From: an uncultured delta proteobacterium
GTDB lineage: Bacteria > Desulfobacterota > Desulfobacteria > Desulfobacterales > JAFDCJ01
Direction: 5' to 3'
Length of the DNA: 64,000 nt
Assembly (NCBI GenBank): GCA_963769935.1
Contig: CAVYNY010000013.1
Location: 320,001-384,000 of the forward strand
Positions 18,485-29,040 of this stretch are shown here, piece after piece. The notes under the pieces are model-generated. The model saw nothing but the letters and a program-made list of their open reading frames with translations, did no database searches and was not told the origin of the DNA. The first letter of the stretch is position 1, and each line of letters opens with the position of its first letter. The translations under genes and the position numbers were made by a program.

Positions 18485-19375
18485 TTACCTGTCCTTTATT
18501 CCTTTAAACTCAAAGCACGGGATGCCTTTGGTTATGAGTTTCAGGCGGAACAGTCCACCCGATTGGGGATAGGCCTTAAGATCCTCGGCAGTCATCAAAA
18601 ATTGGGCCGTAGTCACATACAATTCATCGAGGTTTTCGCCACCGAACGCGCAGGAGGTCACGTTTTTGGCCGGGATTGGATACGAGTCGATTAAACGGCC
18701 ACCATCCGGGTCCCAGCGAGAGACGGCGGCGCCTTCAAACATGGCTATCCAGAGTTTGCCCTCGGCGTCGATGGTCATGCCGTCGGGATAGCCCATGGAC
18801 CCCGGTATATCGATAACGGGTCTGCGGTTTTCAATGTTGCCACTGGCAAGATCATAGTCGAAGGAAACAACCCGACGCGTGGGTGTATCGATGTAGTAAA
18901 GCTTGGTGTGATCAAGACTCCAGACGATTCCATTCGAATTGGTGACGCCTGCAAGCATCTTTTTGACCGAATAATCGGAATCGATCCGATACAAAGCGGC
19001 ACGCGGTTCCGACATGTCCTCCACCACCGTACCGACCCAGAAGCGCCCGGCCGGATCGCATTTGCCATCATTGAATCGGTTGCCGGGGACATCTGTTTCG
19101 ATTTCAGCTGCAGTTTCCAGGCTTCCGGTTGCGGGATCCAGCACGACCACACTTTTTTCCAGCGCGACCAGCAGCTTGCCATCCTGCGTTGGAACCACAG
19201 TTCCAAGGCGTTGTCCTACATCGATCTTTCTGAGATCTTTTGTTTCAGGATGATAGATGTATAGCATGCACTTTTCGATGTCGACAAACAGCAGGCGTTG
19301 GCGATTATAATCCCAGATGCATCCCTCTCCCAACATCGACGACGTATCGATGATCAATTCGGCTGGCTGTCCCAT
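18485..19375 (-). CDS. SMP-30/gluconolactonase/LRE family protein
   Basis: LGEGCIWD, RFNDGKCDPAGRFWVGT, SNGIVWS, PDGMTIDAEG and SCAFGG motifs; start at ATG 19375. Confidence 0.92.
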   Translation of the reverse strand: MGQPAELIIDTSSMLGEGCIWDYNRQRLLFVDIEKCMLYIYHPETKDLRKIDVGQRLGTVVPTQDGKLLVALEKSVVVLDPATGSLETAAEIETDVPGNRFNDGKCDPAGRFWVGTVVEDMSEPRAALYRIDSDYSVKKMLAGVTNSNGIVWSLDHTKLYYIDTPTRRVVSFDYDLASGNIENRRPVIDIPGSMGYPDGMTIDAEGKLWIAMFEGAAVSRWDPDGGRLIDSYPIPAKNVTSCAFGGENLDELYVTTAQFLMTAEDLKAYPQSGGLFRLKLITKGIPCFEFKGIKDR

Positions 19376-19787
19376 GGCTTTTTTCTCCCCAATTGTTGTA
19401 CATTCACTGCGCAAGGTATCCGCCGGCGACCAGCATGTGACGGCCGACCGCCCGGCAGCAAAGGAAGCACCCTTTGAGGTTGACTGCCGAACCTGGGTTC
19501 CCGCCAGACTCAATGAAATCTTCAGGAAGACCGCGCCGGGTGATTCCCGAAGCGATGACTGCCTTCTGAAGCGGCCCCTTTGCGGAGACGATGGCATCGC
19601 TCAAATCGGCAACCTCGACGTGGATGACCTTGGAAGAATATGAGTAAACAGCGAGAACGACTATCCGACCCAACAGACGGACAGGGCGGGCTCCTTTCCC
19701 CGGCGAGCGCCGGATCGGAGGAACCGCAACCGGCCCACCACCCATCAGGGGAGCATGCCCCCTGATGGGTGGAGTTGTATCTCCGTC

Positions 19788-20840
19788 CTATTTCTGGTGG
19801 AAGAAGTACTTCACGTTTTCCTTCGTTACGACCGTCACACCCGTGTCCGTGAGCCACGGACATTGCGGTGCGTTGGCGGCCCGCCAGTCCTTGAAAGCGG
19901 GGATTGTGTTGTGTTTGAGCCAGTAGAGATAGTACAGGGCAACCCACTCTTCCATAACACTGTTCTGGGCCAAAGTATACGCGATCGTCCCATCCTGGAT
20001 GTAGGGCAGCATGTCGTCATCGCGATCCATCGCACCGGCCATGATTTTCCCCGCCTTCCCGGTCTCTTTCAGGGCGCGGGCGGTGGCAGCTCCGGCCGTG
20101 GCGTCGATGCCGATGATCATATCCAGGTCCGGATGCGCCTGAATCAACTGGGTCGCGACGGTGAGTCCGTAGGCCGGGTCTGACTTCTCATCGACCTCGG
20201 CAACAATCTTGATATCCGGATAATCGGCGAACGCGTCTTTGTACCCGGCAACTCGGATCCCGTGGGCCGGGGCAGTTGTGGTCATGAAGGCGACCTTGCC
20301 CTTGCCGTTCAGCATCTTGGCCGCGATTTTGCCGCCCATCCTTCCGACCCCCCGGTTATCGGGCCCCACGAATCCATAGCGCGCACTCGGATCGTCGACG
20401 TCATGGTTGACGACCACGACGGGGATGCCTGCTTTCATGGCCCGCTTCATGGGTTCGTTCAGCGACCGGTCGTCGGCCGGAAAGATCATGATCCCGGCAG
20501 GCTTCCTCGCGATCAGCTCCTCCAGGATTTTCAACTGCGCGACAGCGTCGTATTCGACCGGTCCCAGGTAGTCGGTCTTCACTCCGAGCGCCTTGCCGGC
20601 CGCTTTGAACCCATGCAGTCCATCGAGCCAGAAGGCAATGGCTGTGACCGCTCCCAGCCAGACGTAAGTCTCCTCACTCTGGGCCCTGGCTGGGGTTGTT
20701 GCCGACAACGATAGCCCGGCCGCACCCAGCGCCATTGCCGACCCCGCGATGAACTGCCGCCGCGAGACTCCGCTGCCCGACTGATTTTCCACTTTAGACG
20801 CAGTAGCACTTTTCTCATTTTTGTTGCGGATTTCAGACAT
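19788..20840 (-). CDS. Sugar ABC transporter substrate-binding protein (RbsB-like), Tat-exported
   Basis: RBS AAAGGAGA; twin-arginine SRRQFI signal; periplasmic binding protein type I motifs. Confidence 0.88.
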   Translation of the reverse strand: MSEIRNKNEKSATASKVENQSGSGVSRRQFIAGSAMALGAAGLSLSATTPARAQSEETYVWLGAVTAIAFWLDGLHGFKAAGKALGVKTDYLGPVEYDAVAQLKILEELIARKPAGIMIFPADDRSLNEPMKRAMKAGIPVVVVNHDVDDPSARYGFVGPDNRGVGRMGGKIAAKMLNGKGKVAFMTTTAPAHGIRVAGYKDAFADYPDIKIVAEVDEKSDPAYGLTVATQLIQAHPDLDMIIGIDATAGAATARALKETGKAGKIMAGAMDRDDDMLPYIQDGTIAYTLAQNSVMEEWVALYYLYWLKHNTIPAFKDWRAANAPQCPWLTDTGVTVVTKENVKYFFHQK

Positions 20841-20999
20841 AGTAGATCTCCTTTCGTTTTGGTTAAACGTATCTGGGCCAACCCAGACCTCTGTCGGTCC
20901 GACCCATACCTCCCACACGCCAAAGGACCCGCCTGAGAGTCCTTCACTCTTGTTTTTCTCACTTACGCCAACCCATAAGCCATAAGGCTAACGCCCAGA

Positions 21000-22049
21000 C
21001 TAACTCCTTCGCAGTCGGCGGCGCGATATCATATCTAGACTAACGGCGGTCGTAAGAATGGTCCCCGTGACCACCCCTTCCCAATAAATGGATACGCCGA
21101 ACAGGGTTAAGGCGTTGGTTACCAGCGCCATGAAGATCAGCCCCAGCAGCGCCCCGGCTACGGTTCCCTCCCCTCCCGACAAACTGCACCCGCCGATAAC
21201 GCAGGCGGCAATGATCCGCAACTCCACTCCCGCGAAGGCCGTCGGGACGCCGCTTGTGAGACGCGCCATCGAGATGATCCCGGCCATCGCCGAGAAGACC
21301 CCCGATGCTACGAAGGCGAAAAACACAACCCGGTTAACGTTGATGCCGGATAGTTTAGCTGCTTTTGGACTTCCGCCCACGTAGTAAAGTTGGCGCAGCG
21401 CCCTTCCCCGGCGCAGCAAAACGTCGGCTATCAGGACCACCACCACCATTATAAGGATGGGAATCGGCACCCCTGCCAGGCTGCCTTGTCCGATCCAGGC
21501 AAAACCGATGGGAACGTTGATTACGGGGTGCCCCGAGGTGAAGCCGAGCGCGCAGCCGCGAGCGATGGCCATCATCCCGAGAGTGGCGATCAGCGGGTTG
21601 ACCCCGATGCGCGTTACCACCACGCCATTGATCCCCCCGGCAGCTGCTCCGATTGCCAGACCTCCCAAGACCGCTGCAGGCGGAGGCATGCCGCCTTTGA
21701 CCATGAACCACGCCGTGACGATCCCGGAGAGGGCCATTACAGAACCCACCGACAGGTCAAAGTTGCCGGAGATGAGCAGCAATGTCATGCCCACCACGAC
21801 GATGCCCTCCATCGAGAAGCCGCGCGCGATGGCAATGAAGTTCGCAAGACTCAGGAAATAGGGAGAGAAGATCGACATGATGACACATGTCAACAGGATC
21901 AGGACCACCATGGCCATTTCCCGTATGCGAAGGATGTTGACGATTCTCTCTCCTACCCGGCTTCCGATCGACCTTTGAACGCTGCCAGCGTCCGTCGACG
22001 ATGCAGGCGCGTCGGGTCCCTGTACCGCGGCAGAGGTTTCTCTAACCAT
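21000..22049 (-). CDS. Sugar ABC transporter permease (RbsC-like)
   Basis: FDLSVGS, PLIATLG and IAACVIGGCSLSGGEG motifs. Confidence 0.9.
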   Translation of the reverse strand: MVRETSAAVQGPDAPASSTDAGSVQRSIGSRVGERIVNILRIREMAMVVLILLTCVIMSIFSPYFLSLANFIAIARGFSMEGIVVVGMTLLLISGNFDLSVGSVMALSGIVTAWFMVKGGMPPPAAVLGGLAIGAAAGGINGVVVTRIGVNPLIATLGMMAIARGCALGFTSGHPVINVPIGFAWIGQGSLAGVPIPILIMVVVVLIADVLLRRGRALRQLYYVGGSPKAAKLSGINVNRVVFFAFVASGVFSAMAGIISMARLTSGVPTAFAGVELRIIAACVIGGCSLSGGEGTVAGALLGLIFMALVTNALTLFGVSIYWEGVVTGTILTTAVSLDMISRRRLRRS

Positions 22050-22068
22050 TGTCGGCCCTCCCAGTTTT

Positions 22069-23592
22069 CTATTCATTATCGATCCTCTCATATGCAGCTT
22101 CACCGTCGACGCTCGCACCCAAGGCATAGGCCGCAACGCGCTCTTCGGTCGCTTGATTGCGGTCCAGCAGGGCCACGAGCCGACCCTCCCGCATGACCGC
22201 CACGCGATCACTCATTCCCAACACCTCCGGCAACTCGGAGCTGATCATGACCACCGCCGCTCCCTCTTTCGCCAGCTTGCGCAGAAGGGTGTGAATCTCC
22301 GCTTTGGCCCCCACGTCGGTGCCGCGCGTCGGTTCGTCAGCAATCAGCACCTTGGGATTACGGGCCAGCCATTTGGCAAACAGCACCTTTTGCTGGTTGC
22401 CTCCGCTCAGGCTTGAAACACGCTGTGCGACACCCCGCGCCTTGATCATTAACTTGCCGATTGCATCCCGCGCAAGCGCATCTGCCTTAGAGCCATGCAT
22501 GAAGACCGGGCCGCTCAAGGCACGCAGGCAGGCGGCCGCCACATTGTCCAAGAGCGACATCTCCAGGAAGAGACCGTCCTGCTTACGATCTTCCGGGATG
22601 TAAGCGATGCCCTCATTCATTGCCTTGCGAGGATCCGTGATTTTGACGGGTCGCCCAAAAATCAGAATATCGCCTCCGGTTATGGCCTCGATGCCGAAGA
22701 TGCCGCGTGCCAGCTCGGTCCGCCCGGCACCGGTTAGGCCGAACAGGCCCAGCACTTTTCCCGAGCGAATGTCCAGGCTCACGTTGGTGTAGCCGGGCCC
22801 GCAGAGATTCCGTACCTCCAGCACCGTATCTTCCCGGCCCCCGTCGCGTGGGGGAAACAGCTGATCCAACTCGCGCCCTACCATCATGTGCACCACGGCC
22901 TCTGGAGATGTGTCGGCCGTTCGGACAGTTCCCACCAGCTTCCCGTCTTTTAGCACGGTAATGCGGTCGGAGATGGCGAAGACTTCATCCAGCTTGTGGC
23001 TGACGTAGATAATACCGACGCCGCGGTCACGCAGCATCCGCAGAACCTGCGAGAGCCGTTCGCTCTCACGCTCGCCGATTGCCGATGTCGGCTCGTCGAG
23101 GATCAGTACGCGGGCTTGTCGCTGGGTCGCGCGAGCGATTTCAACGATCTGCTGGACCGCCACACTGTACCTTCTTAAGGGAGCCCGCGGGTTGACTTTA
23201 ATTCCGAAGACTTCCAGTGCGCGTTCGGTCGCCGAGAACATTTCCTCGAAGCGAACCAGCCCTGCGCCGTTGACCGGCTGGGCATGAGTAAACACGTTCT
23301 CGGCGACACTCATGTTGGGCGCCAGCGCAAGCTCCTGAAACACCGTGCTGATGCCCAATCGTTGCGCATGGTTAGGATCGCGAAGCTTGACCAGCTGGCC
23401 TTCCACGACAAGCTCCCCCCCATCCGGCTGGTACACACCCGCCATGATGAGCATCAGGGTCGACTTGCCCGCTCCGTTTTCCCCCACCAGCGCATGGATC
23501 TCCCCCGGAAGCAGCTCGAATTCGACCTGATCCAGCGCCATGGTGCCAGGGAACGCCTTGGTGATATTGTGAGCTTTAATCAATGCCGTCAT
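22069..23592 (-). CDS. Sugar ABC transporter ATP-binding protein (RbsA-like, two NBDs)
   Basis: GENGAGKST, LDEPT, LSGGNQQK and DEPTRG motifs. Confidence 0.93.
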   Translation of the reverse strand: MTALIKAHNITKAFPGTMALDQVEFELLPGEIHALVGENGAGKSTLMLIMAGVYQPDGGELVVEGQLVKLRDPNHAQRLGISTVFQELALAPNMSVAENVFTHAQPVNGAGLVRFEEMFSATERALEVFGIKVNPRAPLRRYSVAVQQIVEIARATQRQARVLILDEPTSAIGERESERLSQVLRMLRDRGVGIIYVSHKLDEVFAISDRITVLKDGKLVGTVRTADTSPEAVVHMMVGRELDQLFPPRDGGREDTVLEVRNLCGPGYTNVSLDIRSGKVLGLFGLTGAGRTELARGIFGIEAITGGDILIFGRPVKITDPRKAMNEGIAYIPEDRKQDGLFLEMSLLDNVAAACLRALSGPVFMHGSKADALARDAIGKLMIKARGVAQRVSSLSGGNQQKVLFAKWLARNPKVLIADEPTRGTDVGAKAEIHTLLRKLAKEGAAVVMISSELPEVLGMSDRVAVMREGRLVALLDRNQATEERVAAYALGASVDGEAAYERIDNE

Positions 23593-23692
23593 GATTCTCC
23601 ACAGGTCAAGTTTCTTTAATGAATAGCTAGTGGTTGCACGAAAACCCGTCTAAATGATCTGTTGGGTTTCGCCCTTGGAAATCACCATTATG

Positions 23693-24490
23693 TCAAAGTT
23701 TGGCAACATGACTGTCGGATTTGCTCATCCCGTATCCGAGACGGTGCGACAAGTCTTCCGCGCCGCGCCGCACCAGCGTTGCCAGCTCATCTTGCCGCCT
23801 TGCGTTCATGCGCATAATCGGTACGGATATGCTCATGGCGGCGACCATTTTGCCCTTGTGGCTGTAGACGGGGGCAGCGACGCAGCGGACATCCAGATTC
23901 GATTCGCAATCGTCGTAAGCAAAGCCGCGCGCCCGGATTCCCGCCATTTCATGCCGCAGACGTTTCAAAGAGGTAATGCTTTTGGCGGTCATCCCCGGCA
24001 ACCGTTCGGTGTTCTCGTAGAGCGCCGTCAATTCATCATCCGAGAGCGCCGAGAGCAGCATTTTGCCCACGGCGGTGCAATGGGCCGGCAATCGGGAACC
24101 CACAGTCGACACCAGCCGTACGGTCTGAGAACTCTCCATCTTGGCGATGAACACCGCTTCCGTGCCATCGCGAATGGCCATCTGAACCGTCTCGTCGCAG
24201 GCTTCGGCAACCTTCAGCGCCACCTTTTGGCCTTCGGCTGCAAGGTCGAGCTGCACGGCGTAGGCACTCCCCAACTCGAAGACACGAATGCCTAAGGTGA
24301 ACCGGTAAGGCCGGTCCTCTATTTGCGTGAGGTAGGCGCTCGCCAGAAGTGTTCGCACCAGTTCGTGCGCGGTGGTACGCGGCAGCCCGAGACGAGCGAC
24401 AATCTCCGGCACGGAAAGTGACCGGGTGCCATCCAGGAACAACTCTAAGACTTCCAGCGCCCGCCTCACCGACGCCCTGGTTTTCGTCAT
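23693..24490 (-). CDS. IclR family transcriptional regulator
   Basis: SVRRALEVLE HTH region, RLPAHCTAVGK and RCVAAPV. Confidence 0.92.
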   Translation of the reverse strand: MTKTRASVRRALEVLELFLDGTRSLSVPEIVARLGLPRTTAHELVRTLLASAYLTQIEDRPYRFTLGIRVFELGSAYAVQLDLAAEGQKVALKVAEACDETVQMAIRDGTEAVFIAKMESSQTVRLVSTVGSRLPAHCTAVGKMLLSALSDDELTALYENTERLPGMTAKSITSLKRLRHEMAGIRARGFAYDDCESNLDVRCVAAPVYSHKGKMVAAMSISVPIMRMNARRQDELATLVRRGAEDLSHRLGYGMSKSDSHVAKL

Positions 24491-24579
24491 ATTGATCCTT
24501 AGTCACTGTTACAAACACGGTTGACAATACAAGGCAGAACCGTTTCAAACCACGATTTCTGCCGTCCTGTCGCGAGTCC

Positions 24580-25650
24580 CTATTGATCGCGCAGGTCTTC
24601 GTTGCAGTTCACGATAACCTTCACGTTGGCACGTTTATTGAGGACACACTCCTCAAAGCCCTTGCTTACCACTTCTTCCAACGAAATCCGGTTGCTGATC
24701 ATCGGGGTCGGGTCAACGCGGCCATCGGCCAGCATTTGGATCGCCTGAGGAAACTCTCCGCCATTGTTCAGGATGCCTATGAGCTCCCTTTCATGGAAGA
24801 CCAAATCGTTTAGATCGAAGGTGGCTGGTTTCTCGAAAATGCCAACTTCAACGATACGTCCCAGCTTACGGGTTGACTGCAGCGCCATGGTGACCGTTTC
24901 CGGTTGGCCGGCCGTCTCGATTGTCAGATCGACACCATCACCGCCCGTGCGCTTTTTGACTTCGGCGACGACATCGATTTCTGTGGGATCAAGCACTTCT
25001 GCTCCCAGTTGCCTGGCCAAGGCGGCCCTCATACCCTTACGAGCAGCCACGAAAACCTTGTGGGCGCCGGAGTGCCTGAGGATCTGCCAGGTTAGCAACC
25101 CCTGATTGCCGGCACCAATCACCAAGACGCTCTCACCGGGGGTCATGCGCCCGCGGCGCAAAGCATGGATGGCAACAGCCGTCGGCTCGCAGAATGAGGC
25201 TTTCTCCAGCGATAGCTCCGGCGGTATGTGAAAGACCCCGTCGGCCGGCATCGTCACATACTCCGCGAACACACCATCCCGTCCTAAACCGAGAAAGGCG
25301 CACTTGTCGCACAAGCTGTACTCACGACGCTGGCACGCCCAACAGGTGCCGCACCAGGTTGCTGAATCGGCCGTTACGCGGTCACCGGCTTTGAATCGAT
25401 CGACACCCGAACCAACCTCCGTGACTAGGCCGCTGAATTCATGTCCCTGGATGAGCGGTGCCGATTTGCCCGTCAGCGGATGTGGCGTAATAGGCATGAA
25501 GATGGGACCCGCTGAATATTCGTGGAGATCTGTTCCGCACACCCCGACCCAGGCAACCTTGATCTTGACTTCACCGGCACCGGGGCTCGGGGCATCGGGG
25601 ACATCTACCACCCGTGTATCCTTTCTTCCGTACCATACAGCTGCTCGCAT
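24580..25650 (-). CDS. Zinc-dependent medium-chain dehydrogenase (butanediol/polyol dehydrogenase-like)
   Basis: GVCGTDLH, GHEFSG, CGTCWAC..C structural Zn site and GAGNQG. Confidence 0.88.
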   Translation of the reverse strand: MRAAVWYGRKDTRVVDVPDAPSPGAGEVKIKVAWVGVCGTDLHEYSAGPIFMPITPHPLTGKSAPLIQGHEFSGLVTEVGSGVDRFKAGDRVTADSATWCGTCWACQRREYSLCDKCAFLGLGRDGVFAEYVTMPADGVFHIPPELSLEKASFCEPTAVAIHALRRGRMTPGESVLVIGAGNQGLLTWQILRHSGAHKVFVAARKGMRAALARQLGAEVLDPTEIDVVAEVKKRTGGDGVDLTIETAGQPETVTMALQSTRKLGRIVEVGIFEKPATFDLNDLVFHERELIGILNNGGEFPQAIQMLADGRVDPTPMISNRISLEEVVSKGFEECVLNKRANVKVIVNCNEDLRDQ

Positions 25651-25893
25651 GAGTTTTTCCTCCTTATTTTTTATTTTGATACTAATATTCCGGCATCAGG
25701 ACCGGGAATCGCTTTCGGAAATTCGCCAAAACCCGGCAACGGCGGTCTTGATCCACGCCTCAACAACAGGCTCAAATGTACCCGACTAGGCTATCGCGAT
25801 GGGATGAATTTGCGAACCGGTCGCGCCCCGAATACGAAGCGGCAGCGCAATGAACAGAAACTCATACCCGCCGTCGAATTCCCACTATCGGAT

Positions 25894-25960
25894 GTCCGAT
25901 ATTTCGAACGGTGTCCGAAGTACCGAATAGATTCCTATCTGCTTTCGCACCCCCTGTCAA
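25894..25960 (-). promoter_or_regulatory. sigma70 promoter with two tandem IclR-like operator palindromes
   Basis: TTGACA (25960-25955), 17 nt spacer, TAGGAA; GTCCGATATTTCGAAC (25894-25909) and GTCCGAAGTACCGAAT (25913-25928). Confidence 0.6.
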
Positions 25961-26103
25961 GTTTTAAATTGGATTTACAGAGGCTGTAACCCCAACATAG
26001 CCAAGGATCAGTTGGGGTTGTAAGCGATGCCCAGAAGGAGCACGGGGGAATTCGGATTATCGGTTCCAATACGTCTGGGATAGAAGCACTAAAGATAACT
26101 TGA

Positions 26104-26424
26104 ATGCGCTACACAGGTCCCATATACCGGCCTCCCAGCGAGGCGGACTCTTTGTTGATCCAGGCAACGGTCGGCTGTCCGCACAATCGCTGCACCTTCT
26201 GCACGGTGTACAAAAACGGTCCCACGTATCGCGTCCGCTCCGTGGATGAAATCAAGGAGGATCTGGCAGCGGCGCGTGACGCCTACGGGCTGAACATCCG
26301 CACGCTCTTTTTCCCGGCCGGCAACACGATTGCCATGCAAACCGACGATCTCTGCGAAATCTGCCGCTATGCCGGACAAATGTTTCCGGATTTGGGTTGC
26401 AGGGCGCAGCATGGTCTTCACTAA
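26104..26424 (+). pseudogene. 3'-truncated radical SAM protein
   Basis: MRYTGPIYRPPSEADSLLIQATVGCPHNRCTFC (CxxxCxxC); ends after about 100 aa. Confidence 0.8.
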
Positions 26425-26744
26425 GAGTGAAAGGTATCTTGCCACTTTTCATCGGTTTGCTTTTTTTGAAGGGAAACTGCATCTTGCCAAACTCGCAGTT
26501 TTTTGAACCCTCTGTTAATGTTTATTCGTTCCATGGTTTTTTATCGCATTAACCGTATTATTTTTCAACCAGATGGATCAACAATATTCCATTGTTCCAT
26601 TTATCTCCACCTTCGGCGGATGAGCGAAGCGAACTAAGTTCAAAAAAACATCCCACGGACTCAACTTTTCCTGCAACATTGCCGATATATCAAATGACCT
26701 TTAATTTAAACCGGCAACGGTTCATCAGATTGTAGGGGAAAAAG

Positions 26745-28064
26745 ATGAGGATTTTAATCGTGGATGATGAAATGGTCAGCCGCACCAAGCTGGAGCTGAT
26801 CATGGAATACTTCGGCGACTGCCGGACGGCAGATCACGGCGACGATGCCCTGGCGGCGTTTCACGAAGCCCATCGGGAAGAGAACCCATTTGATTTGATC
26901 ATGCTCGATATCAATCTGCCGGGCATGGACGGCATCCAGCTGCTTTCCGCCATCAGGAATGCCGAAAAGGATCTCACCATCGAAAAATCGCACCGGGCCA
27001 AGATCCTGATGACCACCTCTTACCGGGACAAAGACCGTATTGTCGCCAGCGTCCAGTCCGGTTGTGACGACTATATCGGCAAACCCTTCGATCTGAACCT
27101 GATCCGCCATAAGCTCAGCAAACTGGGCATAAAGGAACGCAGCCCTTCAGCTGGAGCAAACGCAGCCGGCCGTGCGTCTCCGACAACCACCGACCAGCTT
27201 TACGGTGAGATCGTAGACCAGATCAATAAAAATCAAACCGATTTGCCGTCGCTACCCAAAATATACCTGCGCTTTCGCGAACTGATGGCCCGCAAGGCGA
27301 CTTTCAATGAAATTGTCGGCCTGCTTAAAAAAGATATCGCGATTGCGGCGGAAATCATCCGGCGGTCAAACTCAGCCTACTATAAAGGGTTTGCAAACAA
27401 CACCACTCTGGAGCAAGCCGTCGCCCGCATGGGATACGACGCGGTCGTGCAGGTGGTTACGGAGCTGTCTTTCCGCAAATTTTTCACCATGAAGATGGAA
27501 AAATACCGCTCCCTGATCGAAAATTTATGGAAGCACTCGATCTCAAGCGCCTATGCCGCCGAATTCATAGCGAAACTGCTGAAGTTTGATTTGAAAGTCG
27601 ACCCGTTCCTCACGGCCCTGCTGCATGACATCGGAAAATTGGCGCTCCTGCAGATCATAGCCGGCATGGAGCGCAAGGGCAAATTCCACGACGGCATTCA
27701 CCCCATTATGCTGGTCACCATACTTGAGGATTACCACTGCCAGCTGGGGGCGCGCTTGCTGGAAAAGTGGAAATTCGCCGAGGGTTATATTTACACCACC
27801 CTGCACCATAACAGCCCGCATCCAACAACTGAGGACGGCGCCCAGGCCGAGAAAGAATCGGCGTATTGGCAGGAATTGATGGTTGTAAAATTGGCCAGCC
27901 AACTCGCCAACTGGATGGGCTATGATATTGTTGCCAGCGGACCGGCCGACATCGATCTGAACGACGTCCGGCCGCTTGAGCACTTCAACCTGAAACCGGA
28001 TCGTATCGCGGATACAAGGGAGCAGGTAACCGAACGCATGCAGGAAGTTCAGGTCCTGTTTTGA
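26745..28064 (+). CDS. Response regulator (REC) plus HDOD domain protein
   Basis: LIVDD, LDINLPGMDG, KPF; LPSLP, SNSAYY, LWKHS and LLHDIGK. Confidence 0.9.
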   Translation: MRILIVDDEMVSRTKLELIMEYFGDCRTADHGDDALAAFHEAHREENPFDLIMLDINLPGMDGIQLLSAIRNAEKDLTIEKSHRAKILMTTSYRDKDRIVASVQSGCDDYIGKPFDLNLIRHKLSKLGIKERSPSAGANAAGRASPTTTDQLYGEIVDQINKNQTDLPSLPKIYLRFRELMARKATFNEIVGLLKKDIAIAAEIIRRSNSAYYKGFANNTTLEQAVARMGYDAVVQVVTELSFRKFFTMKMEKYRSLIENLWKHSISSAYAAEFIAKLLKFDLKVDPFLTALLHDIGKLALLQIIAGMERKGKFHDGIHPIMLVTILEDYHCQLGARLLEKWKFAEGYIYTTLHHNSPHPTTEDGAQAEKESAYWQELMVVKLASQLANWMGYDIVASGPADIDLNDVRPLEHFNLKPDRIADTREQVTERMQEVQVLF

Positions 28065-28092
28065 CCGTGCACCCCCGGCTCCTACCTGGAAT

Positions 28093-28515
28093 TTAAAGCA
28101 ATCGCGCAATTAATTTCACATCATGGCCCATGGCTTTAAACCGGCAGACGGCGGCGCCGGTTTGATTCTTTTCTTTTGCCAACCGGACGGCAAAGGTCTG
28201 TTCCGGAGGCGCAAATAATTTATTCCATAGATTATTGTTCGCCTGTTCAAATTCAAAGGTTGCCATTTCAAGCGGTCGGCAGAAAAACTGCTCTTCTTCC
28301 GCTTTTAACGGTTCGCGAAAACTTAATATTGAAGCGAGGAATCCGGGGGAAAAAAAACTTTGAAAACAGAAAATGGATTCACTAAAAAAAATAAGACCCG
28401 ACAGGGGACCGGCGATATGCGGATACCCGCCTAAATATTTGCAATTGAATTTGGCGATAATCTTTTCTCCCAGCGCTGCTTCCTTGTTGCGCCAATATTG
28501 CTCGACATCAATCAA
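28093..28515 (-). CDS. Hypothetical protein
   Basis: 140-aa ORF with a TTG start and strong RBS AAGGAGG. Confidence 0.55.
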   Translation of the reverse strand: MIDVEQYWRNKEAALGEKIIAKFNCKYLGGYPHIAGPLSGLIFFSESIFCFQSFFSPGFLASILSFREPLKAEEEQFFCRPLEMATFEFEQANNNLWNKLFAPPEQTFAVRLAKEKNQTGAAVCRFKAMGHDVKLIARLL

Positions 28516-28636
28516 TTGACCCTCCTTTTACACGGTGATCCGAAGTTTTAAAATTAGCCATAGTTAGGTTAATATTGATATACTAATACGGCAATAATAA
28601 TATGGACTTGCATTGCAAAAATTTAAAAAAAGTATT

Positions 28637-28741
28637 CACCGCAGAGCTCGCCGAGACCGCAGAGAATAAACAGATCTTTATTTTGCCCTTGCGGATTTTA
28701 CCTCGGCGTGCCCTGCTATCTCCAGCGCAGCGGTCGGTGAA
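28637..28741. repeat. Inverted arrays of CGCAGAG-type nonamer repeats
   Basis: caccgcagagctcgccgagaccgcagag with a degenerate inverted arm; same family at 33459-33552 and around 43175-43268. Confidence 0.6.
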
Positions 28742-28976
28742 CTATTGTCTAAACAATAGATTTTTACATTTCACTTATTAGAGCGCTATAAACTACGCCC
28801 TATTTATAAATAACCACCCTAATTTCAGAACAACAGACAACCCCCATCCCATTTTGTTTACGCTCATTTAGGGTTGCATTTTGACCCGTAACAGCGGTAA
28901 TGGAAACATCTTTTCATGATTCGGCCGCTTACCCGTCAGTTATTATCCGGCCTCATAGTATAGAATTCTGGCCCAG

Positions 28977-29040
28977 CTTCCGGCCCGCAGGGCCTACAGC
29001 CCGGCTTCCGGCTCGTAGAGCCTACAGCTCGGAGAGAGGG
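28977..29040 (+). mobile_element. 36-bp micro-element (CTTCCGGCTCGTAGAGCCTACAGCTCGGAGAGAGGG) plus a 28-bp partial copy, nested in repeat family A
   Basis: 35/36 identical copy at 52823-52858; removing it restores CTGGCCCAG-AGGACCAGGTTTTCAAT. Confidence 0.7.

Noticed and set aside
19400..19780. Overlapping ORFs between the lactonase and the binding protein
   Set aside because: No identifiable motifs; possibly a decayed gene, but it cannot be supported.
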